In this document: positions 1-9,893 of the stretch, piece by piece
Numbering within the stretch: the first letter of the stretch is position 1
How the letters are laid out: the number at the start of each line of letters is the position of its first letter
Made by a program: the position numbers and the translations under genes
From: Candidatus Nitrospira inopinata
GTDB lineage: Bacteria; Nitrospirota; Nitrospiria; Nitrospirales; Nitrospiraceae
Assembly: GCF_001458695.1 (NCBI RefSeq)
Contig: NZ_LN885086.1
Coordinates: 1,200,001-1,232,000 of the forward strand
DNA length: 32,000 bases
Direction: 5' to 3'
Notes under the pieces: generated by a model
What the model was told of the DNA's origin: nothing
Database searches by the model: none
The model's input: only the letters and a program-made list of their open reading frames with translations

Positions 1-180
1 GTCCGTGATGGGCACACCGGCATAGCCGGAGCCGGAAACGTCCCCTGCGTCCTTCCCTAAGGCGCTGTGTCCCTGGACCTCCAGGGCCCCGGCCAGCGTC
101 AAGGTTGTCGAGTCCTTGATCAGCGAGACCAGTCGGCAGCCCATCCGTCCGGCCGCGCCGATAACGACGACTCCGATCAT
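1..180 (-). CDS. dapB: 4-hydroxy-tetrahydrodipicolinate reductase, N-terminal 60 codons only (gene continues past the left window edge)
   Basis: Absent from the ORF track because it is open-ended. The reverse complement of 1..180 starts at ATG (178-180) and reads MIGVVVIGAAGRMGCRLVSLIKDSTTLTLAGALEVQGHSALGKDAGDVSGSGYAGVPITD. This is the GxxGxxG Rossmann N-terminus typical of DapB. It lies directly downstream of dapA on the same strand, with an AAGGGGGA SD-like run about 10 nt upstream. Confidence 0.75.
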   Translation of the reverse strand, partial: MIGVVVIGAAGRMGCRLVSLIKDSTTLTLAGALEVQGHSALGKDAGDVSGSGYAGVPITD

Positions 181-222
181 GACCGGTTCTTTCCCCCTTC
201 TCTCCTGTCCGTATCCATGGCG

Positions 223-1095
223 TCAGATCAGGTTCATGTCTTTCAACACGTGGCGGAGCTTGTCTCGCGTCTCTTGCCCCATGGGACACAACGGCAGCCG
301 CAGCTCCGGATCGATCTTTCCCATCATCCCCAACGCTTCCTTGACCGGAATCGGATTGGTCTCCAGGAACAGGGCGGCAAACAAGGGAGACAGGGTAAAG
401 TGCAGTTTCCTGGCTTCGGTGACCTTGCCGTCGGCGAAGGTCTTGACCAATTGAGCCATTTCGCTCGGCACGATATTGGCCGTGACGGTAATCACTCCCT
501 TGGCGCCCACCGCCATCATGGGAAGTGTGAGGGAATCATCTCCGGCCAGAACGGTGATTCGATCGCCGCACATCTGGGCGATGTCGGAAGCCTGTTGAAC
601 CGAGCCGCTTCCTTCTTTCACCCCCACAATGGTGTCGATGGCCGAAAGTCTGGCGATGGTGGACGGCAACATGTTGACGCCGGTCCGTCCGGGGATGTTG
701 TACAACACCAACGGAAGATCCACGGCCTCGGCCACGGCCTTATAGTGACGGTAGAGTCCTTCCTGGGTCGGTTTGTTGTAATAGGGGGTGATCAACAGCG
801 CCCCGTCCGCGCCGGCCTGTTTGGCGTGTTTGGTCAGCGCAACGGCCTCTTCGGTGCTGTTCGAGCCCGTTCCGGCGATGACCGGCACACGTCGGTTGAC
901 CACCTCCACGGTCAATTGGATGACCCGATGATGCTCCTCATGGGACAGGGTGGCCGATTCCCCGGTGGTGCCGCAGGGAACGATCCCGTTGGTTCCCTTG
1001 GCGATTTGCCACTCGATCAATTCGGCCAAAGCTCGTTCGTCGATCCGTCCGTTCCGAAAGGGAGTCACAATGGCGATCAGCGAGCCGGTAAACAT
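223..1095 (-). CDS. dapA: 4-hydroxy-tetrahydrodipicolinate synthase
   Basis: 290 aa ORF. MFTGSLIAIVTPFRNGRIDERALAELIEWQIAKGTNGIVPCGTTGESATLSHEEH is the classic DapA N-terminus. Lies in a lysA-dapA-dapB context. Confidence 0.95.
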   Translation of the reverse strand: MFTGSLIAIVTPFRNGRIDERALAELIEWQIAKGTNGIVPCGTTGESATLSHEEHHRVIQLTVEVVNRRVPVIAGTGSNSTEEAVALTKHAKQAGADGALLITPYYNKPTQEGLYRHYKAVAEAVDLPLVLYNIPGRTGVNMLPSTIARLSAIDTIVGVKEGSGSVQQASDIAQMCGDRITVLAGDDSLTLPMMAVGAKGVITVTANIVPSEMAQLVKTFADGKVTEARKLHFTLSPLFAALFLETNPIPVKEALGMMGKIDPELRLPLCPMGQETRDKLRHVLKDMNLI

Positions 1096-1106
1096 AGCGG
1101 CGCCTC

Positions 1107-2369
1107 TTATTGCAAAAATTCCGGAATGGTTTCGCCCTTGATCAAGTCGTCGTACGTTTCGCGGGCCCGGATGACGTGAAAGTCCGCTCCCTTGACGAGC
1201 ACCTCCGGCGCGCGGGGGCGCGAATTGTAATTCGACGCCATCACGAACCCGTAGGCGCCCGCGCTCATGACGGCCAGCAATTCTCCCGGCTTGACCGACG
1301 CCAACATTCGGTCTTTGGCCAAAAAGTCGCCCGATTCACACACCGGGCCGACGACGTCCATCAATTGTTTCGTCCGAAGGCCTGCTTGCTGATTGACCGG
1401 ACGGATTTCGTGATATGCGCCGTACAGACTGGGGCGAATCAAATCGTTCATGGCGGCGTCAACGATCGCGAAGCGTTTCGTCTCGCCGGTCTTTTCGTAT
1501 AGGACCGTCGTGACCAGCACGCCGGCGTTGCCGACAATGACGCGGCCCGGTTCCATCACCAGCGTCACTCCCAAATCCTTGACGAGCGGAGAAACGGCGT
1601 CGGCCAGTTCGTGCGGCAGCGGCGGCTTCTCTTCGGCGTAGGTGATGCCGAGCCCGCCGCCGATGTTCAGGTAGCGAATGTCGATGCCTTGGCTCTTCAG
1701 CGTTTCAAGCAGCGCCACGACTTTTTTGAGCGAATCGACGAACGGCGTGACGTCCGTCAACTGGGACCCGATATGGGCGTGAACCCCGCAGACGTCGATG
1801 TGACTCAGCGCCGCCGCCGCTCTGTATTCCTCCAGCGCACGGTCCGCGGCGATGCCGAATTTGCTCTTTTTCATCCCCGTCGAGATATAGGGGTGGGTCT
1901 TGGGATCGACGTCCGGATTGATTCGCAACGCAATGCGGGCGGGCTTGCCCATCGAGGCCGCGACGTCGTTGATCGCGCGGATCTCCGCGGCCGACTCGAC
2001 GTTGAACATCAGAATGTCGGCCTGCAGCGCCTCCCGTATTTCATCCGGCGACTTGCCCACGCCGGCGAACACGATTTTTGAAGGGGGGATGCCGGCCTTC
2101 AACGCCCTGAACAGCTCGCCGCCGGACACGATGTCCGCTCCGCTTCCTTCCTTGGCCATCAGCCGCAAAATGGCGAGGTTGGAGTTGGCTTTCATCGCGA
2201 ACGCGATGAGGTGGGGAATGTTTGAGAAGGCCTGGTCATAGGCTCGAATATGACGAACCAGCGTCGCGTGGCTGTAGATGTAGCAGGGCGTGCCCACTTC
2301 CTTGGCGATTCTGTTGATCGGCACGTCCTCGCAATAGAGCTCGCCCTCGCGGTACTCGAAAAAATTCAT
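1107..2369 (-). CDS. lysA: diaminopimelate decarboxylase (PLP-dependent)
   Basis: 420 aa ORF. Has the alanine racemase-like TIM barrel signature (AFAMKANSNLAILR, HIGSQ, CESGD). Length and order match LysA. Only 11 nt separate it from dapA. Confidence 0.95.
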   Translation of the reverse strand: MNFFEYREGELYCEDVPINRIAKEVGTPCYIYSHATLVRHIRAYDQAFSNIPHLIAFAMKANSNLAILRLMAKEGSGADIVSGGELFRALKAGIPPSKIVFAGVGKSPDEIREALQADILMFNVESAAEIRAINDVAASMGKPARIALRINPDVDPKTHPYISTGMKKSKFGIAADRALEEYRAAAALSHIDVCGVHAHIGSQLTDVTPFVDSLKKVVALLETLKSQGIDIRYLNIGGGLGITYAEEKPPLPHELADAVSPLVKDLGVTLVMEPGRVIVGNAGVLVTTVLYEKTGETKRFAIVDAAMNDLIRPSLYGAYHEIRPVNQQAGLRTKQLMDVVGPVCESGDFLAKDRMLASVKPGELLAVMSAGAYGFVMASNYNSRPRAPEVLVKGADFHVIRARETYDDLIKGETIPEFLQ

Positions 2370-2417
2370 ATGTTCAATCCTTCGATTGTGGACGCAGTGC
2401 GAGCCGCCGATTCGCCA

Positions 2418-2660
2418 TTATCGCGTTCCGACAGGCCGCAGCGGCAGCAACTCTTCATCCTGCGCCTGGGGCATCGGGTCCGTCTCGTTGGTGCCGAGGC
2501 TTGGACTGTCTTCCGTCTCCCGGACCTCGGCCGGTTCTTGTTTCAGCTTCTGGCGTTCAATCACCGGAGCGACTCCGATCGTCTCCGGAGCCACCGGCGC
2601 TCCCACCACGCCGCAAGCGTGAAGCGTCGCCGCCATGACGACAAGAGAAACCCATTTCAT
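2418..2660 (-). CDS. small secreted lipoprotein (LppL/LptM-like by size and position)
   Basis: 80 aa. MKWVSLVVMAATLHAC has a lipobox (L-H-A-C), followed by a low-complexity Pro/Glu-rich tail. Its ATG overlaps the argH stop as ATGA (2657-2660), which argues for translational coupling and a real gene. Confidence 0.7.
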   Translation of the reverse strand: MKWVSLVVMAATLHACGVVGAPVAPETIGVAPVIERQKLKQEPAEVRETEDSPSLGTNETDPMPQAQDEELLPLRPVGTR

Positions 2661-4069
2661 CGCAACAACCGTTCAAGTTCTTTCAGCCGCCGGTTCACCT
2701 GCCGACGAGCCGTTCCTCCGACCTGCCGTTTTCGGTCGATCGCCGAGAGGACGGTCAAGCGAGAAAACACTCGTTCATCAATCCGATCGGAGAACGTCCG
2801 CAATTCCTCAAGAGAAAAGTCCGTCAGCTCCCGTCCTTGTTCCAGCGCGGCCAAGACGATGCGTCCCGTAATCTCATGAGCCTCCCGGAACGGCACCCCC
2901 CGTTCCACCAAGTAGTCGGCCAGCTCCGTCGCCAGGAGACCGCTGGTAGAAACGGCTTTCTCCATCGCCTCACGGTTCGCGCTCAGACGGCCCATCAGTT
3001 CCGTCATGACCCGAAGACACGATGCGGCGGTCTCCACCGCGTCAAACAGCGCCGGCTTGTCTTCTTGCAGGTCGCGATTATAGCTCAGAGGGAGGGCCTT
3101 CAGCATCACGAGCAGATTGATCAGGTGGCCGTAGACGCGGCCGGTTTTTCCCCGCACCAATTCTGGTACGTCAGGGTTTTTCTTCTGGGGCATCATGCTG
3201 CTGCCGGTGCAAAAGGCGTCCGGCAGGTCCACGAAGTGAAACTCCTGCGATGCCCAGATGACCAGCTCTTCGCTGAGGCGGGACAGGTGCATCATCATGA
3301 TCGACAACGCCGACGCCACCTCGATGGCGAAGTCGCGATCGGAGACGGCGTCCAGGCTGTTGGCGGTCACGGCCGGAAACCCTAGGAGTTTGGCCGTATA
3401 GGATCGATCGACCGGATAGTTGGTGCCGGCCAAGGCGCCGGACCCCAGCGGCATCACGTCGAGTCTTGTTCTGGCGTCGCGCAATCGCCCCTTATCTCGC
3501 TCAATCATCTCGACGTAGGCGAGGAGGTGATGGGCAAGGAGAACCGGCTGCGCCCGTTGCAGATGCGTGTAGCCTGGCATCGCAACCGAGAGATTAGTTT
3601 TGGCCTTGGCGACCAGGGTTCGTTGAAACTCCGCGCATTGTTCGATGAGTCCGTCAATTTGTTCGCGCAGGTAGAGCCGGACGTCCAATGCCACCTGGTC
3701 ATTCCTGCTCCGTCCCGTGTGCAGCTTGCCTCCCAGCGGTCCGATGAGTTCGGTCAGGCGCCGCTCGATCGCCATGTGAATGTCTTCGTCCTGAGGGGTG
3801 AATCTGAACCGACCCTGGTCCAGCTCTTGTTTGACCAGCTCAAGCCCCCGCACGATGGCGCGGGTTTCCTGAGCCGACAGGACGCCGGCTTTTTCGAGCG
3901 TTTTGCAGTGGGCGATGCTGCCTTGAACGTCGTGCGCGTACAGCCGCCGGTCCGTCGCCAAGGAGGCGGTAAAGGATTCGACCAGCGGGTGCGTTCGCTC
4001 GCGGAATCGTCCCGCCCAGGCCTTGCCGGATCCGGTCGCGGTTCCGGCTTGACGCGGTCTTTTCGCCAT
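2657..4069 (-). CDS. argH: argininosuccinate lyase
   Basis: 470 aa. Fumarate-lyase superfamily motif GSSMMPQKKNPD, with an ArgH-like N-terminus (WAGRFRE..., TASLATDRRL). Confidence 0.95.
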   Translation of the reverse strand: MAKRPRQAGTATGSGKAWAGRFRERTHPLVESFTASLATDRRLYAHDVQGSIAHCKTLEKAGVLSAQETRAIVRGLELVKQELDQGRFRFTPQDEDIHMAIERRLTELIGPLGGKLHTGRSRNDQVALDVRLYLREQIDGLIEQCAEFQRTLVAKAKTNLSVAMPGYTHLQRAQPVLLAHHLLAYVEMIERDKGRLRDARTRLDVMPLGSGALAGTNYPVDRSYTAKLLGFPAVTANSLDAVSDRDFAIEVASALSIMMMHLSRLSEELVIWASQEFHFVDLPDAFCTGSSMMPQKKNPDVPELVRGKTGRVYGHLINLLVMLKALPLSYNRDLQEDKPALFDAVETAASCLRVMTELMGRLSANREAMEKAVSTSGLLATELADYLVERGVPFREAHEITGRIVLAALEQGRELTDFSLEELRTFSDRIDERVFSRLTVLSAIDRKRQVGGTARRQVNRRLKELERLLR

Positions 4070-5283
4070 CAGCCCGAGCCTTTCCGCCGCTGCGCGCGAA
4101 TCTTCAACCGCAGACCGTTCAAGCGGATAAAGCCTTCGGCGTCCTTTTGGTTATAGACGTCGTCCTCTTCAAAGGTGGCGATATCCAATCGGTACAGCGA
4201 CCGTTTCGATTTGCGGCCGACGAGCGTGCAGCTTCCCTTGTAGAGTTTGACGCGGGCCGTGCCGCTCACGTCCTGTTGCGCGTGGTCGATGGCCGCCTGC
4301 AACAGCTCGCGTTCGGGGCTGAACCAATAGCCGTTGTAGATGAGGGCGGCATAACGCGGGATCAAACCGTCCCGGAAATGAAGCACCTCCCGATCCATCG
4401 TGAGCGACTCCAGCCCCCGATGGGCGACGTGCAGAATCGTCCCTCCCGGCGTTTCATAGACGCCGCGGGACTTCATGCCGACGTAGCGGTTTTCCACCAA
4501 ATCGACGCGGCCGATGCCGTGGGCGCCGCCCAGCTTGTTGAGATGAGCCAGAAGTCCGGCCGGGCTCATTTTTTTGCCGTTGACGGCCACGGGGTTGCCC
4601 GCCGCGTAATCGATCTCGATTTCCAGCGGCTTGTCCGGCGCGTCCTCCGGCGAGACCGTCATCTGAAAAATGTCGGGCGGCGGCGGCTCCCACGGATCTT
4701 CAAGAATGCCGCCCTCGTAACTCACGTGAAAGAGATTCATGTCCATGCTGTAGGGTTTGGCCTTGGTGGCCGTCACCGGAATGCCCCGTTGCTCGGCGTA
4801 CTCGATCAATTCGCGACGGGATCGCATGGTCCATTCACGCCAAGGCGCGATGATCTTGAGGTCCGGCGCCAGCGCCGTATAGGTCAGTTCGAACCGCACC
4901 TGGTCGTTCCCCTTGCCGGTCGCCCCGTGCGCCACGGCGTCGGCCCCCTCTTTGAGGGCGATCTCGACTTGTCGGCGCGCGATCAGCGGGCGGGCGATGG
5001 AGGTGCCCAACAGATAGCACCCCTCGTAGAGCGCGTTGCCGCGCAGCATCGGGAAGACGTAATCTTTGACGAAGGTCTCCCGCAGGTCCTCGACGTAGAC
5101 TTTCTTGACGCCGAGCTTCCGAGCCTTGGCCGCAATGCCCTGCAAATCTTCTCCTTGGCCGAGGTCGGCGCAAAAGGCGATCACTTCGGCGCGATACGTT
5201 TCTTCCAGCCATTTCAGAATAACGGAGGTATCGAGTCCTCCCGAATAAGCGAGGACGATCTTGCGAATCGATGTGCGTTTCAT
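4069..5283 (-). CDS. argG: argininosuccinate synthase
   Basis: [17 protein letters not shown]-pyrophosphatase motif. I place the start at ATG 5283 ([16 protein letters not shown]) rather than the TTG at 5295 given by the ORF track. The stop abuts the argH start. Confidence 0.93.
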   Translation of the reverse strand: MKRTSIRKIVLAYSGGLDTSVILKWLEETYRAEVIAFCADLGQGEDLQGIAAKARKLGVKKVYVEDLRETFVKDYVFPMLRGNALYEGCYLLGTSIARPLIARRQVEIALKEGADAVAHGATGKGNDQVRFELTYTALAPDLKIIAPWREWTMRSRRELIEYAEQRGIPVTATKAKPYSMDMNLFHVSYEGGILEDPWEPPPPDIFQMTVSPEDAPDKPLEIEIDYAAGNPVAVNGKKMSPAGLLAHLNKLGGAHGIGRVDLVENRYVGMKSRGVYETPGGTILHVAHRGLESLTMDREVLHFRDGLIPRYAALIYNGYWFSPERELLQAAIDHAQQDVSGTARVKLYKGSCTLVGRKSKRSLYRLDIATFEEDDVYNQKDAEGFIRLNGLRLKIRAQRRKGSG

Positions 5284-5295
5284 CGGTGGTCCCAA

Positions 5296-6270
5296 CTATG
5301 TGCCTTTCCGTCCGGCGAGCAGCCGGACTAAAATCGCCTTCTGCATGTGCAGGCGGTTTTCCGCTTGATCGATGACGACCGACTGGGGGCCGTCGAGCAC
5401 GTCGGCCGTGATCTCTTCGCCTCGATGGGCCGGCAGGCAGTGCATGACGATGGCGTCGGGTTTGGCCCGCCGCAACAATCGTCCATCCAGCCGATAGGGA
5501 GTCAGAACCTTGAGCCGCTTGGCCCGTTCCCGTTCGCGGCCCATGCTGATCCAGACGTCGGTATAGAGGACGTCGGCTTCTTTCACCGCGACCAGGGGAT
5601 CCTCGATCACTTCGATGACGGCCCCGGTGGTTTCGGCTTCGACTCGAGCCCGCTCGATCACCCGCTGGTCCGGCTGATAGCCGGCCGGACAGCCGGCGAC
5701 GACCCGCATTCCCATTTTGGCCCCCGCTTCGATGAGCGAGTTCGCCACATTATTGCCGTCGCCCACGTAGGCCAAGGTCAAGCCCTGCAGGCGACCCTTG
5801 CGTTCTTGAATCGTCAACAGGTCGGACAGCGCTTGACAGGGATGGCTATGGTCGGTCAGCCCGTTGATGACGGACATGGACGAGGTCGCGGCCCATTCTT
5901 GCACGATGGCGTGATCGAACGTGCGGATCACGATGCCGTCCAAATAACGAGACAACACCCGCGCCGTATCGGCGATGCTTTCTCCGCGCGAAAGCTGGCT
6001 GTCGCCGGTGGGCAAGACCAGAGCATGGCCTCCCAGTTGGGTCATTCCCGATTCAAACGACACCCTCGTGCGGGTCGAGGGTTTTTGGAAGAGCAGTCCC
6101 AGGGTCTTTCCTGACAGCAGGCGGTGAGGGATTCCCCTTCGTTGTTTGGTCTTCAACAAGCCGGCCAAACGCAACAAATCGTCCATTTGTCGGCAAGCCA
6201 GGGCCCCTACGTCCAAAAGATCCTTGGCGTAGTCGGGCACGCGGTGCGGCTGTGGTGTCCCTCGTGCCAT
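5296..6270 (-). CDS. argF: ornithine carbamoyltransferase
   Basis: 324 aa. Carbamoyl-phosphate motif STRTRVSFE, ornithine-binding HCLPAHRGEE, and DTWISMG-like VWISMG. Confidence 0.93.
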   Translation of the reverse strand: MARGTPQPHRVPDYAKDLLDVGALACRQMDDLLRLAGLLKTKQRRGIPHRLLSGKTLGLLFQKPSTRTRVSFESGMTQLGGHALVLPTGDSQLSRGESIADTARVLSRYLDGIVIRTFDHAIVQEWAATSSMSVINGLTDHSHPCQALSDLLTIQERKGRLQGLTLAYVGDGNNVANSLIEAGAKMGMRVVAGCPAGYQPDQRVIERARVEAETTGAVIEVIEDPLVAVKEADVLYTDVWISMGRERERAKRLKVLTPYRLDGRLLRRAKPDAIVMHCLPAHRGEEITADVLDGPQSVVIDQAENRLHMQKAILVRLLAGRKGT

Positions 6271-6285
6271 GTGTCGCGCGTATTT

Positions 6286-7515
6286 TTAGTGATGGACGGC
6301 TCGTTCGTCGGTGATCCGACGGTTGAAGACCGCGGTCAGGGTCTCAATCAATTTGTCGATGTCCCGCTCCGTGATGATCAACGGTGGAACGAATCGTAGG
6401 ACCCGTTCGCCGGTTGCGTTGACGAGCACGCCTCGGTTGAGACAATCCGCGACGATCGCCTTGGCGTCGGTGTCCAGCTCCATGCCCTGCAAGAGGCCGA
6501 GTCCCCGGACTTCCCGCACGATTCGATGGCGATCCTTGCACTCCGTCAGTCCTTTCGCCAAATAGTCGCCCATCCGCCTGGCGTGATCCAAAACGGGTCC
6601 CTCGATGAGGGTTCGAAGAACGGTCAACCCCGCGGCGCACGCCAGCGGATTTCCTCCGAAAGTCGAGGCGTGGGAGCTGGGGGTAAAGGCCGCCGCGACC
6701 GATTCCGTCGCCAAACACGCTCCGATCGGCACCCCTCCGCCCAATCCCTTGGCCAGGGTCATGATGTCGGGCTCCACGCCCATCTGTTGGTACGCGAAGA
6801 GCGTTCCGGTGCGGCCCATGCCCGTTTGCACTTCGTCGAAAACGAGCAGGATATCGTGTTTCGTGCAGAACTCGCGGAGTTCACGCAGGTAGGCTCGATC
6901 GGCGACGTGCACGCCCCCCTCTCCTTGGATCGGCTCCAGCATGACGGCGGCGGTTTGCTTACCGGCTGCGGCCTCAATCGCCGAGAAATCGTTGAAGGGA
7001 ACGTATCGAAAGCCCGGCATCAGCGGCTCAAATCCCTTCTGGACTTTGTCTTGTCCGGTCGCCGTGATGGTCGCCAACGTTCTGCCGTGAAACGAGTTGT
7101 GCATGGTGATGACTTCAAATCGGTCCGCGCCGTACTTTTGGTGCGCGTAGCGCCGGGCCAATTTGATGGCGGCCTCGTTGGCCTCCGCCCCGCTGTTGCA
7201 GAAGAACACGCGGTCGGCGAAGGAATGTTCGACCAGCGTCTTTGCCAGGTGGATCTGCGGTTCCGTGTAGTAGAGGTTGGAGACGTGGATCAATTGCATG
7301 GCTTGCCGGTGAATCGCGTGGACGAGGTCCGGGTGCGTGTGGCCGAGGACGTTGACCGCGATTCCTCCGACGAAGTCGAGGTACTCCCGGCCTTCCAGAT
7401 CGTAGACTTTTACGCCTTTCCCTCGAGCGATCGAGATGGGTTGACGGCTATACGTCTGCATCAGATATTTGGCGGCGGCTTCTTTCAATTCTTCGGTCAG
7501 CATGGTCAACGACAT
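6286..7515 (-). CDS. argD: acetylornithine aminotransferase (class III PLP aminotransferase)
   Basis: 409 aa. FFCNSGAEANEAAIKLAR, LVFDEVQTGMGRTG and TLAKGLGGG (PLP lysine). First gene of the arg block. The start could instead be the second in-frame ATG at 7503. Confidence 0.9.
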   Translation of the reverse strand: MSLTMLTEELKEAAAKYLMQTYSRQPISIARGKGVKVYDLEGREYLDFVGGIAVNVLGHTHPDLVHAIHRQAMQLIHVSNLYYTEPQIHLAKTLVEHSFADRVFFCNSGAEANEAAIKLARRYAHQKYGADRFEVITMHNSFHGRTLATITATGQDKVQKGFEPLMPGFRYVPFNDFSAIEAAAGKQTAAVMLEPIQGEGGVHVADRAYLRELREFCTKHDILLVFDEVQTGMGRTGTLFAYQQMGVEPDIMTLAKGLGGGVPIGACLATESVAAAFTPSSHASTFGGNPLACAAGLTVLRTLIEGPVLDHARRMGDYLAKGLTECKDRHRIVREVRGLGLLQGMELDTDAKAIVADCLNRGVLVNATGERVLRFVPPLIITERDIDKLIETLTAVFNRRITDERAVHH

Positions 7516-7682
7516 CCTGTGCGTGGAAAGAAACGGAAGCTAGCACAGGGCCGACGCGAAAGCAATAAGGCGAAGGTGAAGAAGGAACCCGAGAGGGATG
7601 ACCGGAGATGATCTGCCGATCGGTCTGCGGGAGAACCTTCCTTCTTTTTGATCCTCCGGGAGGTGTGATAAGCTGCGCCGCG

Positions 7683-8345
7683 ATGAAGTCCTGCGGCCGT
7701 TGCAGTCGGCAGAGTCCGGATGAGGCCAATTTTTGCCCGCAATGCGGGGCGCCGCTCGATGAGTCCGGCGGGCCCGAGACGGTGTCGGTCGATCAATCGA
7801 CCGCCGCGTCAAGTCAGGACGAGGAGACGCTCTGGCGGCTGTTCATCGGTCCCAATGCCGATCGCTACCTTGAAACGTTCAAGAAGTTTGCATCGAGCGG
7901 AGGACCGAGATTCGCTCTCTCCTGGAACTGGCCCGCGTTTCTCTATATTTCGTTTCTCTGGTTTCTCTACCGAAAGATGTATCTCCATGCGTTCGTTTAT
8001 GCCGTGGGCCCCATGGTGTCCGCCTACCTCACGGGCGATATGAGCGCCGGTCTTGTCTGGGGTATCATGGCCGGTGTGACGGGAAACTATCTGTACTATT
8101 GGCATTGCAGAGAGCACATTGAAAGGATTAAGAAGATCGGGGGGTTGAGCCAGGCCGATCGTGAAGCCGCCCTCAAGGAAGCCGGTGGGGTACAGCCCTA
8201 CGTCATCTGGGTCGGCGTTGCGTTATACATCCTCTTTTTTATCTCCCTTGCCAAGATGGCGCAAGAAGGAGCTCCGGATCGTGACGGCCGGCCGGCTAAG
8301 CAAGTCGAGTTCACGAGGGTGAAGGCGAGTCAAGGGTCCTCGTGA
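7683..8345 (+). CDS. zinc-ribbon plus DUF2628-like membrane protein
   Basis: MKSCGRCSRQSPDEANFCPQCGAPL is a CxxC...CxxC zinc ribbon. FALSWNWPAFLYISFLWFLYRKMY is the DUF2628 hallmark, and further hydrophobic helices follow. I trimmed the start to ATG 7683. The ORF-track start at 7608 adds an implausible leader. Confidence 0.75.
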   Translation: MKSCGRCSRQSPDEANFCPQCGAPLDESGGPETVSVDQSTAASSQDEETLWRLFIGPNADRYLETFKKFASSGGPRFALSWNWPAFLYISFLWFLYRKMYLHAFVYAVGPMVSAYLTGDMSAGLVWGIMAGVTGNYLYYWHCREHIERIKKIGGLSQADREAALKEAGGVQPYVIWVGVALYILFFISLAKMAQEGAPDRDGRPAKQVEFTRVKASQGSS

Positions 8346-8481
8346 TAGTTGGTTCGTTCCCGCACGGTGAAGTGGGCGTCACGGTGCGTAATGGGCCGAC
8401 CCCGCACGGCACATGAGAAGACAGAGGGCACGTGGAGTCTTAATCGAAGCCTTAGAGAGTTGATGAGCGAGGAGGAGCGTT

Positions 8482-9090
8482 ATGATGGCCCGGCTGGTTC
8501 TGCTCCGACACGGTGAATCCCAATGGAATCTGGAGAATCGTTTTACCGGGTGGGTGGACGTCCCTCTGTCTCCGCGGGGCGTCGAGGAGGCGAGACAGGC
8601 CGGGAAGAAATTGCAAGGATTCAGGTTCGATCGCGCGTTCACCTCCATGTTGAGCCGCGCGAACGACACGTTGCGTCTTGTCCTGGAGACCATCGGGCAA
8701 ACGCACATTCCCGTTGAAAAGAATCAGGCTCTGAACGAGCGAATGTACGGGGAACTTCAGGGGCTCAATAAAGCGGAAACCGCGCAGAAATACGGCGAGG
8801 CGCAAGTAAAACTGTGGCGGAGAAGTTATGACGTGAGGCCGCCGGGCGGAGAAAGCCTGAAAGATACGGCCGATCGGGTCCTTCCCTATTATGAGACGGC
8901 GATCAAGCCATACCTGCTCAAGGGAGAGACGATTCTGATCGCCGCCCATGGCAACAGCCTTCGCGCATTGGTCATGGAGCTGGAGCGGTTATCGAAAGAA
9001 CAGGTGTTGGAGTTGAATATTCCAACCGGCGCCCCGCTGCTCTACGAGCTCGACGGCAACGGGAAGGTGCTCTCGCATCGATATCTGTAG
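8482..9090 (+). CDS. gpmA: 2,3-bisphosphoglycerate-dependent phosphoglycerate mutase (short form)
   Basis: [26 protein letters not shown] (RHGE catalytic motif), [10 protein letters not shown], and [15 protein letters not shown] near the C-terminus. GAGGAGGAG SD just upstream. Confidence 0.9.
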   Translation: MMARLVLLRHGESQWNLENRFTGWVDVPLSPRGVEEARQAGKKLQGFRFDRAFTSMLSRANDTLRLVLETIGQTHIPVEKNQALNERMYGELQGLNKAETAQKYGEAQVKLWRRSYDVRPPGGESLKDTADRVLPYYETAIKPYLLKGETILIAAHGNSLRALVMELERLSKEQVLELNIPTGAPLLYELDGNGKVLSHRYL

Positions 9091-9251
9091 GGGTGCAAGT
9101 CGCTCATGGCGGATCGCCAGCCCCAGCCCCTTGCCCGACGTCCGGGTCTCTCGTGTCATGTGCTCGACCTCGACTAGGACTCGAGAACCGTCTCTCGAAA
9201 CCAGGTTCGGTTCCTGATTTCCGAGAACGACGTTCGCGCGCGGCGAGATCG

Positions 9252-9737
9252 TTATCCCGCCTCTTCCAGCAATTTGCCGTAGTGAGCCGCCGGCGCGTAG
9301 TCGATTAAAAGGACCAGCAATTTGTTGCGGTCTTCCTCGGACGAGAGGAAACCGTGATCCTCAATCAACGAAGCCGTTTCGGCGCTCACGGCCATGTGGC
9401 TCATGCCTTCATAATCGACTAAATACCCGTATCGGGCGCGCCGCTCTTCCAATTCTTGGAGATAGTCCTCCCAGGTGCCGCTTCCTATGAACCCCTTGTC
9501 CCACCAGGTCGCTTTGATTGAGCGCAGCAGCATCTCGCGAATCGCGGCGCGATAGCCGGGGGGGATATGGGCGTCGATGGCGGCCAGAATCCAGTAGAGG
9601 TTCAATGACAAAATTTCCCGCGAGATCAGGGAGAGGTCGGCCTCGGACACGGAAATGCCGTACTCATCGAGCTGCGTCGTTGTTAAGGGCGGCGGCATCA
9701 TCCGGAGAAGAGCGGCCGCGGCTTCAGCGGGCGTCAT
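9252..9737 (-). CDS. hypothetical cytoplasmic protein, no family recognised
   Basis: Start trimmed to ATG 9737 ([11 protein letters not shown]...). About 161 aa, predicted helical, with no signal peptide or TM segment. Coding-like GC3 composition. Divergent from ttcA. Confidence 0.55.
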   Translation of the reverse strand: MTPAEAAAALLRMMPPPLTTTQLDEYGISVSEADLSLISREILSLNLYWILAAIDAHIPPGYRAAIREMLLRSIKATWWDKGFIGSGTWEDYLQELEERRARYGYLVDYEGMSHMAVSAETASLIEDHGFLSSEEDRNKLLVLLIDYAPAAHYGKLLEEAG

Positions 9738-9893
9738 CGTTCCATTGACCCCTTGGTCCAGTATTATGATGCGCGAGGATACTGCGACGCTCGTCCACAC
9801 TCAAGCGGGCGACGGTTCACTGTTCTCTATAGCCGCCGACGGGGAAGACGGCCGTCATCGACAGCGGGCCGTCGGGACAGGTACAATCGCGCC

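Noticed and set aside
67-1179. 370-aa plus-strand ORF, together with other long antisense ORFs: 4147..5331 (+), 6526..7611 (+), 14253..15164 (-), 16053..17429 (-), 25821..27719 (-, 632 aa), 28261..29094 (-), 28934..30034 (-) and 30818..31945 (-)
   Set aside because: Each lies fully antisense to a gene with unmistakable homology (dapA, argG, argD, rsmB, pheS, sir, cysH, trpD-like, cysN). Their translations are Arg/Gly/Pro/Asp-rich low-complexity strings, typical of shadow ORFs in GC-rich DNA where stop codons are rare. No independent SD or motif supports them.
7516-7549. Inverted repeat CCTGTGC-N20-GCACAGG abutting the argD start codon, considered as an arginine-responsive operator or a translational hairpin
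   Set aside because: It is only 7 bp with a 20-nt loop, does not resemble an ARG box, and is a single occurrence. It could easily be chance in a 167-bp divergent spacer. It may matter if argD really starts at 7515, but I cannot support a call.
8482-9090. GpmA is only 202 aa, against about 250 aa in E. coli, considered as a truncation or pseudogene
   Set aside because: The catalytic RHGE, the second His motif ([10 protein letters not shown]) and the C-terminal NIPTGxPLxYE block are all intact and in frame. The difference is a clean internal loop deletion plus a shorter tail, as seen in naturally short dPGM forms.
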